The notes below the pieces were generated by a model. It was not told the origin of the DNA and ran no database searches. It saw only the letters and a list, made by a program, of their open reading frames with translations. A stretch of 64,000 nt of DNA from Vicugna vicugna (lineage: Eukaryota), in contig MU058221.1 of assembly GCA_013265495.1 (NCBI GenBank), positions 2,418,001 through 2,482,000 on the forward strand. The letters run 5' to 3'. The position numbers and the translations under genes are program-made. Below are positions 24,949-38,399 of the stretch, in pieces; the stretch's first letter is position 1; each line of letters opens with the position of its first letter.

Positions 24949-27939
24949 TAGCGTGCTAGCGTGCCAAGACAGCAGCCAGTTCGTCGTCCCTGTCTCTCCC
25001 TTTCCTAAAGAAGCAAAATCTAGGACACAGAGAAGGGAAGTAATTTAGCAAAACTCATGCAAACCTGGGACCCACAGACTCCCAGGCCTGACCCTGGGCC
25101 TGTGTGGCGTAATTCCACCACACGGCGCCAAACTGGAGGTGACCTCAACTAGTACACCACACGGACCTCCACCACGAAAGGCATCTTCACTTCCAGGCAC
25201 ATTTTCCAGATAGGAGTGTAAAGTCAAATAGCTCGGGAGCATTTGTACTACAAGAACTAAATAAGAAGTTTTTTTTTTAATTAAAAAAAAATTAATCCTT
25301 AATTAATCTCAGAAGATGTTGAAATGGGAACACGCCTTCATGAAAAGCACACACTGAGCCGGTAAGACCGTGAGGTCAGAGGAGCCACGGATGGCGAAAT
25401 CCAGCCTCGTCACTAATGCTTTAACGGCCTGGCCATAGAGATGCAGTTTCCACGTGACTCGTTAGGTAACTGGCGAGGTCAGCGACAAGGGTCGGACCCA
25501 GGGTGCGGGGGCTTCGGGCCCAAGTGCCGTCTTCTGGGAAGCACTGCATCTGAATGCCCCGTGGCGTCTCTTCCTCCCAAAGACTCCCTTACGGTCCCTT
25601 AATTTCTAGATTATGGGAACCCTTTGGCAGCGGTGATGTGCGTCCCTGAGAAACCTGCTTGTCCAGTTGTGATCGCTGGTCGTTCTCTCATACATGAGCA
25701 GACCCGGGAGGAGGCAGAAGAAACCAGCCAGTTTCCATGACCCGGCATGCAGGTTGCTCCAACTCATTTAATTCAGGCTGCAACTGCTGTGGTGTATTGA
25801 TCGCTGGACTTTTAAATGCATGGTGGCCTCAAAACTTTCTCTGGTGAGACAGCCTTTTTCACAGTCAGAGTTTACACCATTCGAAATGTTGTTTTTTTTT
25901 TTTGACATGTAGTCCTTTACAATGTGACGATCGAATCAGATCGTGTTTTCCTCAGCTGCTGTGCTGTGCAGTGAGCGCTCTTCTGCTTTCATGGGCCGAG
26001 GAAATACGCAGATTGCCATTATTTTTAAAGGGTAGAGACAAACGTCATCGAAGAGGAAGATGGGAGACAGGCCACTAGCTTAGGAGAAGAAGAAACCTTG
26101 ATAAGACTTGACTGACATTTCGTATCAAGAGTCCAGCGAATCCCAGCATCAAATTAGATCCGTCTGCCTTGTTGGCTAAGTTTCCGGATTTAGAGCCGTC
26201 AGTCCCCCAGCGAGCATTCATTGAGTCCTCACTGTGTGCCAGAAGTGGCGCTGAAGACACGTGAGACGCGGTCCCCGCAAGGCCCGTTTCGGGGCTGAGT
26301 TCCGTTTGGAAGAGGAAGTGAGTCACGCGTCTCCCCATTCACTTGCCCTCCTCTGACCCTCCTCCACCTTTCCCTTCACTCCTCGTTGGGAGAGCAGGAG
26401 AATGACCGATGCCAGCATTGCTCGGCTTCAGACACATTCCCTTGATTTATCTTAGAGTTTAGACTAGGACACCAAGGACTGTTTGAAGAAACTTAGAAAT
26501 ATCAAGAGTAATAAAAACGTTCTTTTTGAACTAAAAATGTCTTACCAATACATCTCTTTGCGGGAGGAGGCGTTAATATTGGGCGTCCTGCCATCCCAGT
26601 GCACAATTTGGGGACCAGGAGTGTTTCAACTGCAAACAATACCTCCTTTGTCTTCTTGGGAACAACTCAGAGTTTAGAATATGGTTAAATACGTGCAAAC
26701 GTGGACATCTTTCACAGGGTGAGGCACACAGTCAAGCCACAAGGAGAACACGATGAATTAAAAGTCAGGACCCCTTCTAGAAAAGCACGAGGACTCCGTG
26801 AAAGGCTCTGCCTTATTCAACCTGGTCCGTGAAACTTCCCTAAATTGGCACATTGGAGATACGGGGTCTCTGACCTTCAGAAGGAAGTGATCTCTGTTTC
26901 CAGCAGTTGTGCACATCCATGGAGTCATGGAATTTCAAGAGCTACTTCGGGGGTAATCTGTGTCATTTCCCACAGAAGAGGAAGCTTCCTCATTTTCCAG
27001 AGAAGCATCAGAAGTTGTCAGCGTCTGTCAAAGGTCATGCAGCTAAACGTGGAGAAGATTGAAGTTAGCAACGGGGCCCCCCTTCTTCTAATTCAAGGTG
27101 GTTTCCACGGTGGCCCAAGCTGTACGTTAACCAAAGCCACCTTGGTATCCTCTGCAAAGGGAACCCTGCCACGCCGTAAGCATCATAATTTAACTCCTTC
27201 CTGTTTTCCTCCCTCTTGTCTTCCGTCTTCCCTTTTGTCATGCACTGTCCCTTCTGTCTCATTCCTGAGAAGAGCAGAAAAAACTTAGAATTGGCTTATG
27301 TATTGATCTTTCCTAAGAGTCCACCTCTTGTCTGCTGCTCTCAGAGGAATCACTTTCAAGAGCCCGTGGGGGTTCAGCCACGCCTCCACTCAGCCTACAG
27401 CGATGGGAGGGATTCACTACTGTGGGGCTTGTATGTGGGAGGCAGTGTGCAAGCAGGGATACATGTGTGTTTGTACGTGCGTGGAGTGTACATAGGAGTA
27501 TGTCGTTGAAAAGGAGGAACTACTGAAATCCTGAAATCACTGTCTCTTCCCCAACTCTTAGCGATCCCTCTTCAGCTCTGTTTTCTTTGTGGGTGCATTA
27601 ATATTCATGAAACGGATAAACAGAACCCCTGGACCTTTATCTTAAAGTCTTAGTGTTTTTAGTTGTCATAGTACATTGTGTAATTAGCAAATAGAGTTTT
27701 GATTCATATCGACCACTAGGAAATACGAATTCACAAGTATTCCTCGCAGGTTGATACCCCTCCACTCACACATACCGCAGACGTCCAGTGTGACTCGTGA
27801 GAGTGTGATGATCGTCTCAGGGGTGGGGAAAAGGAAAACAGTGTCATCGAAAGAGACTTGGGCTTGGAATCTGGATGTTTGCCTTCTGGTCTTGGGAGTC
27901 TCCACCAAAAGAAAGAAAATCGTCTTCTATTGAGCATGT

Positions 27940-28100
27940 GTGTAAATTCTCACTGACTTGTGAGCTTGGACTTCTTTCCATCTCCACTTTACCAACATAA
28001 AAAGTGAGCCTCAGAGACCATACGTGGCCCGTACTTACTACCAGTAAGTACAAGAGGCAGGATTCAGACCTAGATTTTCTGGCTCCAAATGTCAGGCCAA
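27940..28100 (-). mobile_element. MIR fragment
   Basis: atctccactttac...aagtgagcctcagaga...agtaagta..agaggcaggattcagacctag...ctggctcca. Confidence 0.65.
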
Positions 28101-30774
28101 CTCTTCCCCGTTGGACAGCACCGCCTGTTTGCTCTGTGTTCTTGGAAAAATCACTCGGCTTCTCTGGGCCTTGGGCTTCCCCATCAATCAAATGGTGGAG
28201 TTGAGTTCTTACAGTTTGTAGGAGTCCTTATAGCTCCAGGGACTGGAAGAGGTCATTTTCCCTTCCCCCACCCCCCAGCCCACCCCTTGGGCATTTACTT
28301 ATCCCACCGCCAGCGCCTGATCCTTAAAGATGAGGATGGTACTCAAAGTAATGTCTGGCCAAGAAGACACGATCTGAATGTTTTCATCCTGACCTCTGAA
28401 TCAGTCCGCACATCTTGTCTGTAGAGCAAAATCAAAGAGGGGGCAGAGGGAAGGACCAGGGACTTTAATTATATTTTTAAACAATGGATTTCCATTAAAA
28501 TTGTATTTTTCTGCACCTCTGGAAAATTACATTGTAGATGAGATAAACGCAGCCTCGCATGTAAATTAAGGTTATCTTTAGGCCGGTAATTTCATTTGCT
28601 GTTTAGCAATTTTAATTCACGTCGAGGCAGTGTAATTAGTGCCCTCAGCCAGTTGCCATTCCTCACTGCTTGGTGGCTGTATTTACTGCTGTGAAGACAG
28701 GACTGCTCGTGTGGAAAGTATGAGCCAGCCCGCTGAATATTAAAGGTGGCGCACATCGGCAGGCCCCCCGCGCATGCTGGTGCTTCAGGCCACGAGTCCT
28801 TGCATTGCGGTGCCCTGGGAAGACCGGTCCCTTGGCTGGCCAAAGCGGAGCATCGCTGTTTTCGGACAGAGAGACATTAACTGGAGGTTTTGTTCTATAG
28901 CAAATACACCAAGTTTAGCTGCATCTTAAAATATCTTGAATTGGAGACGAGTCTAGCATAATTTTAAAATCTTATTTTGTGTTACGTGGCGGATTGCTTT
29001 TTCACACTAGGGTGTGCAGGTCGTGGTGGTGGAGGGTGGTAGGTGGGTGTGCCTGCAAGGCTGTATGTGTTTCTGCTGTAGCTTAGAACTAGAGCCAGGC
29101 ATTTACCTACAGGTGGTAAAAAAAAATAAAAGATAAGGAAATTCATGAGTTGAGGGTCTCTTTATACTATTGAGGTGACAAGCAACCTTTTGTTTATCTG
29201 AGGAAAAACATGCGTTAATATACTGTTTATTAATACTAATTATGCAGATATTAATATACATTGTAATTGATGCATTCATTTAACAGATGTATAGATTGTA
29301 AATATGTGTTTATGTATTTATATATACATTACTTAACTTCAGATTCCTGCTTCGAGGAGTGACCTATATTCAAAATAATTTGAATTATTCAACGTAATTC
29401 AAACCTACTTCTCTTTTCTCGTACCTACTTTAATGCAAAAAGTCTGTATTTTATCTTGCTTTTTATATTTTAGTTCTTTGAGAACAAGGGCTTTATCAAT
29501 TTGTATTCCTTGCAATAATTAGATTTTCATGCCTTAGGGGAAGAAAATCTAACAGCATAGAACATATACATGTGATCTTTAGGCCTGCAAACCTTGACCT
29601 AACAAATTTGGAAGGTAAACCTAAAGATCCCACTTGGACAAAGACAGAGCCTGTTTATTCTAACAGCGCAAGTCAAAATTTACAGGCAGAGTCCTTCTGA
29701 TTGGCTGTCAGTGACTTTAGAGGTAATCCAATGTGATGGTCCATCTGAGCCCATAGTGGGAAACGAAAAAAAAAAGTCCCCCCTTAGTATCTCATTACGA
29801 TTTAGAAAATAAAAAATAGAGAAGAGGTCAGGGGAAAGCCCTTTGCTCTTGAAAGCAAACAAGCAAAGAAGGAGGCCTGCTTTTCTTTCCCCTCAGTATT
29901 AATGGAAGGACATGAGAGAGACTGCCCCTTGTCCTGCTGGCTGACTGGAAGTAGCCCTGTGCTGGGAATAAGCCACCTTGAAACTGCATGGAAGACAAGG
30001 TCCAGACATGGTAGCACCCAGAGCTCTCCACGTTCGTGAGAGATTGGATTTACGTCATTATGAGACAGTGAGTGACAGATCGCCATACTACTGAATATTA
30101 ATCGATGTGCTGTTTGTGTCTGCAGGGCAGGGTACTGAAGTTTTATCTTTTGCGTGTCTTTATGCTTTACCTGATCTTGTATCCTTTTTTTGGAAAATGT
30201 GTGTAATTAGAAAATTTCCTCACTAGGAGAGTGTTAAGAAGGCTCATCTGGATTAAAGTAACGGAGAGGAAGAATGTGCCTTCTGTCTGCCTTGGGTCAG
30301 CCGGGTCCTCTGTTTTGCTCACGTTGCGTCTCCTGGCTGGCTGTCCCCTGCTGTCGGAGCCAGTCCTAGTCCTAGTTACAGGACGCTGAGTGAATCCCAA
30401 GCCATCACTTTAGACGATTCGGCGTAGGGTGAGCCATACGATTTCCTGTGAACGTGCCCCCTTCCAGTAACTTACATCCAGCCGCGGGAACGTGCGCTTC
30501 ACAACTAACCCCCATTTTGATCTCTTTGCACCTCCCCGGATTTAGTAGAGAGCGGAACCCCGCTTTGGTCTGACGCACACCGACTCCGCTGTGGCACTGA
30601 GGCCGATTTTCCAACAACCCCTGTGCCTGCTGTCTCTTGCTTTGATTTCCTCTTCCATTGCCTGACTTTCGGTGTCCTGGTGAGAAGTTTCATCCGGCTG
30701 CTGGAATAACCCGCGATCACGCCTTCCCGAGCTTCTCGGAAGCCACCTGCCACCACCGCCTCAGGCTAAGTCCC

Positions 30775-31290
30775 CATGATCTCTCTAACTGCTACAGTAA
30801 TCTCTCTCTCTCTCCTTTCTCTTCCAGCCATCCACCTCAACACCTTCCTCCAGCTTCTGCAAAGATCATTTAAATGCCTGGGCCTCATTCTCCCCAGCTC
30901 ATTCCCTGTCTTACTCCCTGACTGCTTGCAACCCTCACAGCCATGGGCCTTTTTCTTGCAGCTTCTCTTGGTGCTCACAATGTTGCGTCTCTAAAGATGC
31001 CGTCCAAGGGAGCTCTGAGGATTCCTGCCTGATCATCTTGCAGGTCTGTGAGTGCATTCTTTCCTTGGTACACGCTGTTGTTTTCTCTCTGAGGATTCTA
31101 TTCAAAGCATGTAGCGCAACCTGTAATTAAACATTTATATGTGTGTTTCTTACTTAATGGCTGCTCAGTTGATGGAGTGTGTGAAGCCAGGGCCTTTGTT
31201 CACTACCAGACAACCCAAATCTTAGCAAATTGCCTCACCTGGAGAGTAGATTAGTTAGTAAACTTCGTGTCTAAGTGACAAAATGAACAG
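30775..31290 (+). mobile_element. L2 LINE 3' fragment
   Basis: Pyrimidine-rich L2-like body ending with an L2-like tail (cagggcctttgttcact...agtag...aatgaa). Confidence 0.5.
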
Positions 31291-31389
31291 ATGATCTACC
31301 CGGACCATAATACATTGACTCTTTCCCTCCTCTCCTAATAATTTGTTGCAGTCAGTCTTCTGCACCGAGAAATCGGCATACGTTGCCCT

Positions 31390-31560
31390 GACTGCTCACA
31401 GCCCCAGTAGAAGGTAGATCCTGTGATTCCCATGTTAAACAACAAGAAGTGATTTGAGAAACACATAGTGATTTCTTCCAAGTTCCAAAACGAGTTAAAT
31501 GAAGGCAGAATTCTACTCTGGGTCTGTTTTTCTCTGAAGCCTGTGCTCTCCTCACCATGA
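31390..31560 (-). mobile_element. MIR fragment
   Basis: ctcacagccc...gaaggtaga...ttcccatgtta...gaaggcagaattc.actctgggtctg...ctgaagcctgtgctct. Confidence 0.5.
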
Positions 31561-32034
31561 GGGGCTGTCCCTCAGAAAGTCCATCATTTAGGGCTGAACT
31601 TGGTTCTCTCAGTAGACGTCTGCTGCTAAGCCTTCTCCAAGCGCCCGCCCGGCCCCTGATGGGTCCATCAGCCCTGCTGGGCCCAGTCTGCCTCCCTCTA
31701 GTCTCTCACTCCGACGTGGAATTGTCTCTGGTAAAGAAAGTCCAGCAGCCATTGCTCATGCTTGCTGTTTGTAGACCAGAGATGTGCTGCCACTCTGTTT
31801 AGTTGGGCAGACCCGGCCCCTCCTATTCTGGTTATAGCTACGACCTAATTATACCTCTAATGTGGATGGGCTCAGGCTGTCCCACCCCTACCTGCATCCC
31901 ACGCGGGGAACAGTTACAACTGTGGTGGTAATCACTCTGAAATACCAGGAAAGCTATGAGAAGGCATTCAGGGAAGGTGATATTTTCTACTACACAGTTT
32001 GGGATTTTGAATAATAATTGCTCTGCCCTCTTAT

Positions 32035-32621
32035 TGTTACCAGAGGGTAGGTTCTTGTCTTATTGCAGAAAGAATTCAAGGATGAGACAGGTCAGGAAAG
32101 TAAAGTGAAGATTCATTGAGGGATAGATAGGATGCTTTCAAGGGGACAGCGGGTGGACTCAGGTGAGTAGCTGCACTGAGTTTCTTTGGCCAGCTAATTA
32201 TTGGGGTGTACAAATGAATGGGTAGAATATTTGTTGGAGAGGGAAGGGTTTGGGTTAATATTCCTTGATTTTCATCCCAGCTCCTCCTTCCCGAGGGGAA
32301 GGGGGATTTTTTTCCTTATTTAGTCTTGATCTGAAATGTCATGGTGTCAGTGCATGATGGGTATTTCTCATCTTCAAGGCTAATTTTACTGTGATGAGGG
32401 CGTAATGAGCAAAAGGTTACATTCAGACACTGGAGAGTCTTGCCTTTTCCCACCTGTCTCTATTTGCCTCTAGGACACTTGACACCCCAAAATGTGTGGT
32501 TTCTTATCAGTCCAGAGGTTCCTGCTTTTCTCTGTCTGTCTAAGGGCTCCTCTTCACAAGCTGTAGGGTTTCCTGTGCCCCCTTTTCCGGGCTCATATCG
32601 AGCTGTCTGCCCACTCTAACA
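32035..32621 (-). mobile_element. ERV1-class solo LTR (587 bp) with 4-bp TSD TTAT
   Basis: Terminal inverted TGTTA...TAACA; TTAT at 32031-32034 and 32622-32625; U5-like gcagaaagaattcaagg near the left end suggests minus orientation. Confidence 0.85.
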
Positions 32622-34239
32622 TTATCACCACTCAAACACATGGATAAAGCTGATAAAAACAATAAGCTAATGAAGATGTTGCTGGGGTGAGCCCACGACA
32701 GAATCACTGCTGTTAAAATTCAAGCATGATACCAGAACATCCACGACGCGTCAGGAAGTGAGCTCGCCAGTTACATCATGGCCGTGTTCTGCTCGTACCC
32801 TTCCTTGAGGTCTTTGCTCGTTCAGATTTATAGGAAAGTGGGGACTTCAGAAAAGGGACTGCTTTCAAACTGATTAAATTCTGGACAATCACATCCATGA
32901 GGAGGTTAAAAAAAATCAGTATCAATGAGCCTAAATTAGTGAGATGAGTGAAAGCTGACCTCTGATAAAATATAAGTCATTATTACCTAGAGAATATGTC
33001 TTTGTTGGGTAGCTCCCTCCTCTGCTAATTAGCCATAATGTTCACCTCTCTTCACTTTATGAGATTTCCACTTAATCTGATTTTTTTCAACATTGCATTT
33101 TTCAGTTTTCAATGAGTGAGGCTGTTTTTAACCAATCAAATTAGAATCGAATTTGCAATTGAAATGCCACAAGACAGAGTGGTTTATTCCCTTTCAAAGC
33201 TGAAATATGAAACATCTTTCATTGCTGAATTCACTACTTTTATGACCCCATCCCAAAGAGCTTGGAAGAGGATTTATGTTGAGTACATCCATGAGGCTTA
33301 TTGCCCGTGATGTCATTGCTCATTATTGTGTTTACTGATTTATTTCTCATATGTCCAACATCAGATTTTTTTTCTTCCCTTCAATGAGTGAATTTGTCCT
33401 TTAGAACTATGTAGTTCCCAAGAGCAGTGCTAAACTCTTTCATTAGGAAAAGTCAAGACATGGCTGCCATGTTTTTTCAGCTGTCTAATCTGGCCCCATG
33501 GCTAGCAACTCAGAGACATGATCCTTGAATTCGGCAGGAGTTAGGACTAAGAGAATGTTCAGGGGCTTCGTCATTGCTCCATTTAACATCCTTGTTAATG
33601 AGCAATTTAGCTGCCATTTCTCAGATCATCTCTATCTGGAACACTTTAAGAAATGCAAATATTCCTGAGGGCAGTAACTTGTTAATAAGTCTCTGGTCAT
33701 AAAGTTCTCAGATTAATGTATGAGCAGCAGCTGCACCTGGGAAATGAGAACAGAATGAGGGAATTGGCAGATGATTTCAAAAGAGAAAGGCAAAGGAAGG
33801 CATCTGAAGAATGAAATGCTACTTGGACCATCTCGCTGGCCAATCTGAGTTTCAGGGTTGGGACTCTGGAATCTCAAGTTGGAGATCTGTTTGGCCTTGG
33901 TCCTTTCTGGGACAGCGTGCTGCTCAGGAGAGTGGAAGGAGGTTGAATGTGGTGTATATGTTCCCATTAGATGGGTCCATCAGCAGAAGGAAAGGGGGCT
34001 GTTGATTCTTAACTACTTAGAAAACACATAGCAAAGTTGGCCCAGAGAATAGGTGAGATCTGAGCAGGTGTTCGTCCCCTTACTGAGGACAATCTGAATG
34101 CTTTAAGTAAGGTGACAGCCAATTTGCTATCCCTGGCTACCTCCTTGGCTACATTTCGGGATAGAAATGATCCAGAAGAAAATTTAATCAGCACCACGCT
34201 CCCATTTTTGATCATGGAGAATGAAAGAAAGGCAATTAA

Positions 34240-34440
34240 CATTTACTGAGCCCGTTTATATATACAATGAGCCACGTACTCTGTACACATTACCTCCCAG
34301 CGATCTGTCCCATTGTCGCTGCCTTTCTGCAGATGAGAAGTAGAGGCATGCGGCGACAAATGCAAGTTTATGGGTTCAGAAGGGGTGAAGCCAGGATGGG
34401 AAGACAAGCTCTTTAATTCCAAAATCTGGGTCCCTTCCCA
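34240..34440 (-). mobile_element. MIR SINE
   Basis: acatttactgagc...cacattacctc...gcagatgagaagtagaggc...gaagccaggat. Confidence 0.6.
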
Positions 34441-35804
34441 TTATCGTTATGCCATTCTGCATTGGTATCTGCAGTTCGTGAAACATCATCCCGCCTAATT
34501 CCACTTTGTGCGAGAGTAGCGTGTGTGCGTGCGCGTGTATTGTGTATCAGCCCAGGCATGGACGTACTGAAATGAGTGACTGTTTCTTCATTAACCTTGG
34601 CTTTCCTTCCTGTACCTTCCCCAGTGTGCTCCTGGGTGGGAGCCGTAATACCTGAAGACGTAACAAAAAAATGATGTTCCCAGAGAAGAAAAAGAAGGGA
34701 GGTATTTCTGTCCCAAACGTGGGCTTATTCAGCCTTTGCATTGAAGACTGTTTGGACATGTTTTACCAGATCCACAAGATTTCTTTTTCTAATCATAGAA
34801 AAGTGTTCAGCAAACATGCCAAAGCCCCTAATATCCCAGCCTAGAGAAACGGTCTCCTGGTTAATGCAGAGTCGCTCTCTTCCTGAGCGTTTTTCCAGGA
34901 GATGTTTTTGCCGAGTCGTTGTTTTTCCCCCTAATTGCCCAATTTTCTTTTCTCTGTTAAACACTAATTAAAGAATAAACCCAGGACTGCCACCTTTCTG
35001 GAGGCGACATTAATTTCCTCCCTCTCCACGTGTTAATGGGTCTAATTTATCCCTATTCTCTACTCCCTTCGCCACCCCAGCTAAGCGGAGCGAACACTGT
35101 CATCCCTGCACCCTTCTCATCCTCCTCCTGCTCTTTTGCACCCAGTTCTCCCCACTGCGCGTGACCGTGCGTGGCATTACATTTACTTTTCATTACCAGC
35201 GGGGTCCGCACATCACCACCTGGCCTCCTCTTTTCCTCCCTCCTTCCCTGCTTGATGTGTTCCCCGTTACTTCTTTCTCCCTATCTCTGGTCCTCTACAT
35301 GCCTGTGATCAGTTGATGGATTAATTAATCTACCAGACGTAACTCAGCACCTCCCCTGCTGACGTTGAAGCATGAATCCTGGTCTCCGGGAATTCACGGT
35401 CTGAAAATAGATGATTATAATAAAAATGCAGCACCGGCAAGAGTCCAGACTAGAAGAAGGAATTGCGGGAGGACGGGAGGAGAGAGGAGGCGCTCCCACG
35501 CCAGCCTAGGGGCGCAGAAGGCTTCCTGGGATGACTGGCGTTGGGAGCGATTGGCCATAGGTAGTAGGTCAACAAACGGCTTGCATCCCACAGTTCGTTT
35601 GCATTCATAGCACTTGATAATCAGTGATATTGACCTCTCTTGCATCCCTTTTCTACAGCTAAGTAATGTTTCAATTAAAACATGTTACGAGGTACTTTGA
35701 CATGCCCATGTGAGAAATAGTGTGTTAATTAAAATAGAGCAAAGCCCAGCTAATTAAGCCAGCCGTTGAGTCCGGAGAAAAGGACTTGGCTTCTAAGTCA
35801 CAAA

Positions 35805-35842
35805 GGAGGGAAGGAGGGAGGGAGGAAGGAAGGAAGGAAGGA
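35805..35842 (+). repeat. (GGAG/GGAA)n purine microsatellite
   Basis: Directly visible. Confidence 0.85.
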
Positions 35843-37900
35843 GCTGCCTACAAGCCCAGAGCTGATTGCATGCTTTTTAAAGGGTCCTGAAAGCCTCTTT
35901 CTCCAGTGTCTATCACACCTAATTCAGACATTTATGTGTTTCTGACATCTTGGGCTGCCATCAGATCCAAACTAACCAGACCTAAAGGGCTGAGAGTTCT
36001 TTGAAGGAACATAGCCTCACCCCAGGGCAAAGTGACTCCCAGTCCCTGAATAATGAACAAGGAAACAAACCAAAAGCATCACACAAATTAGCAAACACCG
36101 TGGAAACCAGCAGACCCGGGAGTAGAAGTAGCCGTGGGCGGCTGGCTCGGTCACGCCCACGGTCGCCCCTGCGTGCTGGCGTTAACCTTAACGGCCAGAG
36201 TCAGCAGGTAAAGACCTTTTCTTTTAGATTCAGGGAGCTTTATTTCCGAAAGTAAGGAAGTTGCATAATTCATGGTAGAAAAATGTCCATAAAAACGAAT
36301 ATTTTGTAATAAGATAGTTCTCTTAGCAGAAGTGAACTTCAATCAGCAGGCGACCACACGTGTTTAACACTCTTACACGCCCGTGGTTGGTGGTGGGTGA
36401 TGATGACTTTTTGGGTTTCTTGTGTCAATTTACTGTCACTTTTACAGTTTCCCAGAAAGACAGAAAGTCACGGTTGTGACCCTTCTAGATTTCTTAGCAC
36501 ACTCCTCAGGTAGAAGGTGGCCCCGATGGCTTCAAAAAGGAAAGTGGTTTCTTCTGTCAGCAGTATTTCCTTACCACTTTTTTTTGGTAACCTTCTGAGA
36601 AAGGTGAAATGCCCGTTTGAAAAGCAAAGTTCTGCCATCTTGAATACGAACAGTAACAGGCACTAGGAGTTTTCAAAATTGATTCAAGACAACGCGTTTG
36701 AAACATATTTATGAAGTGCTTTATCTGGGTCACCTAGTGGCTTTAAGATGTGGCCTTTCACGTTATGGTGAAGTATATTTTGTTCACCTTTCTTGTTGTG
36801 GTAATCCGTTTCCTTCCTACAATTACCATAATAATCTGACTCATCATTGCCTTTTCCCATAATTATTATCAGCATACTCCTCTTAATAATGCTGAAATCT
36901 GTTATTTCTCTGCCCACAGCGTTACTGAATGCAGAGACGTAAGAATCTCAGAATTTCCAACCATATCATTTCAGATGGAGATACGGATTCTTCAAAACAG
37001 AGTGTGTATTCTTGGAAATAGTATTGTGTCCTCGACCCCGGTCTAAACATCATTATCGTGTAGGCCCCAAGGAAGCCTTGACTTCGTATGAAGTCTTCTT
37101 GGGGAGAGAGGCTCACACACTGGGATTTAGGACAATGTGTAGCACGTGCCAAACAGAATATGCTGCTATGGAACTCGGAGGGAAGATCTTTGTATTTGTA
37201 AAATGCTGTCACATCGCATTCAATTTTTTTTAAAAATGAATCCTAATCAGTTTTGGAATTCAAATATTTGATAACCTTTCTTGGAGAGGCAATAAAAGCA
37301 TACGGTTTTTCACAGTGAAGAGAGAGAAGACAGACTCTATATACAGTGAGGGGCAGAGAGGAGCAAGCGGTTTTTAAGTCGATGTTTTATCGTCTGTGTT
37401 ATGTGGCTTTTGTGCTCATTCTGATTTTGGCTGTCACATTTCCCACATTTTGAATGCTCTCAAAAGTCTATCACATTTACTTGATATGATTTTTGCCTGG
37501 AAACATTAGAATTGATAGGCCATTTTGTGTTTTATTAATCACTAAATGCTTTCCTTGGTCATGATGGATTACTTCTAAATGCAGAATTCATTCCTTCTTT
37601 GCCAACTGATACAGAAGCTGGCCTGGCGAAAAGTTGAGGCTTCCTCTGTAAGTGTTTTCCTAGTACTGATTTACAGTCAGAAGATGTGGTATTGGCATCT
37701 GAAGGCTTCTTTTTTGAAGGTTAGAGATTTGAAGGATCTGATTTTTGCTTCATGGTGTACCCATCTGGCCACGGAATTTTTCTAAGATTTAGTTTTGTGA
37801 CTTGTTAAGTGAAGGTTAAGTGAAGTTTTTTTTTGTTTTTTGTTTTTTGTTTTTGCACAGGGCTCGTTCTGAAATGGACATGGAAAAAATCAATGGAGAA

Positions 37901-38242
37901 TTTTTTTTTTAATTGAAGTATGGTCAGTTTACAATATTGCATCAATTTCTGGTGTGCAGCATAATGTCTCAATCATCCATATACATACATACATTCCTTT
38001 TCCTATTCTTTTTCACTCTGGGTTACTAGACGATATTGGATCTAGTTCCTTGTGCTGTGCTTTAGAAACTTCTTGTTTCTCTGGCTTTGCGAGGATTTCC
38101 TTGTACGTCCGACTGTAAGGGGTGGCCTGCGAAGCTCAGGAGGCTCTCTGTGAGAACTGTTCTGTATGCAGGTGTCGTTTTTGTGTGTTCGTGGGGGTGG
38201 GGTGAGCTCTGCGTCCTTCTATTCCGCCATCTCGGCCATCTC
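37901..38242 (-). mobile_element. Short L1-derived element: L1 5'UTR start fused to L1 3' tail
   Basis: Minus strand begins gagatggccgagatggcggaatagaaggacgcagagctcacc (L1 5'-end-like, with YY1-type AGATGGCG) and ends with an L1 tail and poly-A; degenerate flanking repeats aatggagaat/aatgggggat. Confidence 0.7.
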
Positions 38243-38399
38243 AAATGGGGGATATTTTTAAATGTACTTTTTAAATCCACTAAAATAAGTTTTCATTATT
38301 CGTTTGCCCCTTGCACAAAGAGTCATTAGGGATTTATTTATTTAAGCCTGTGGGGGGAAGGAGGCGGGCGGGGGAGGAGCTCCGGACGGAGGGAAGTGC

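Noticed and set aside
25270..25291. 22-bp perfect palindrome T9-AATT-A9
   Set aside because: Formed from homopolymer runs; low information content
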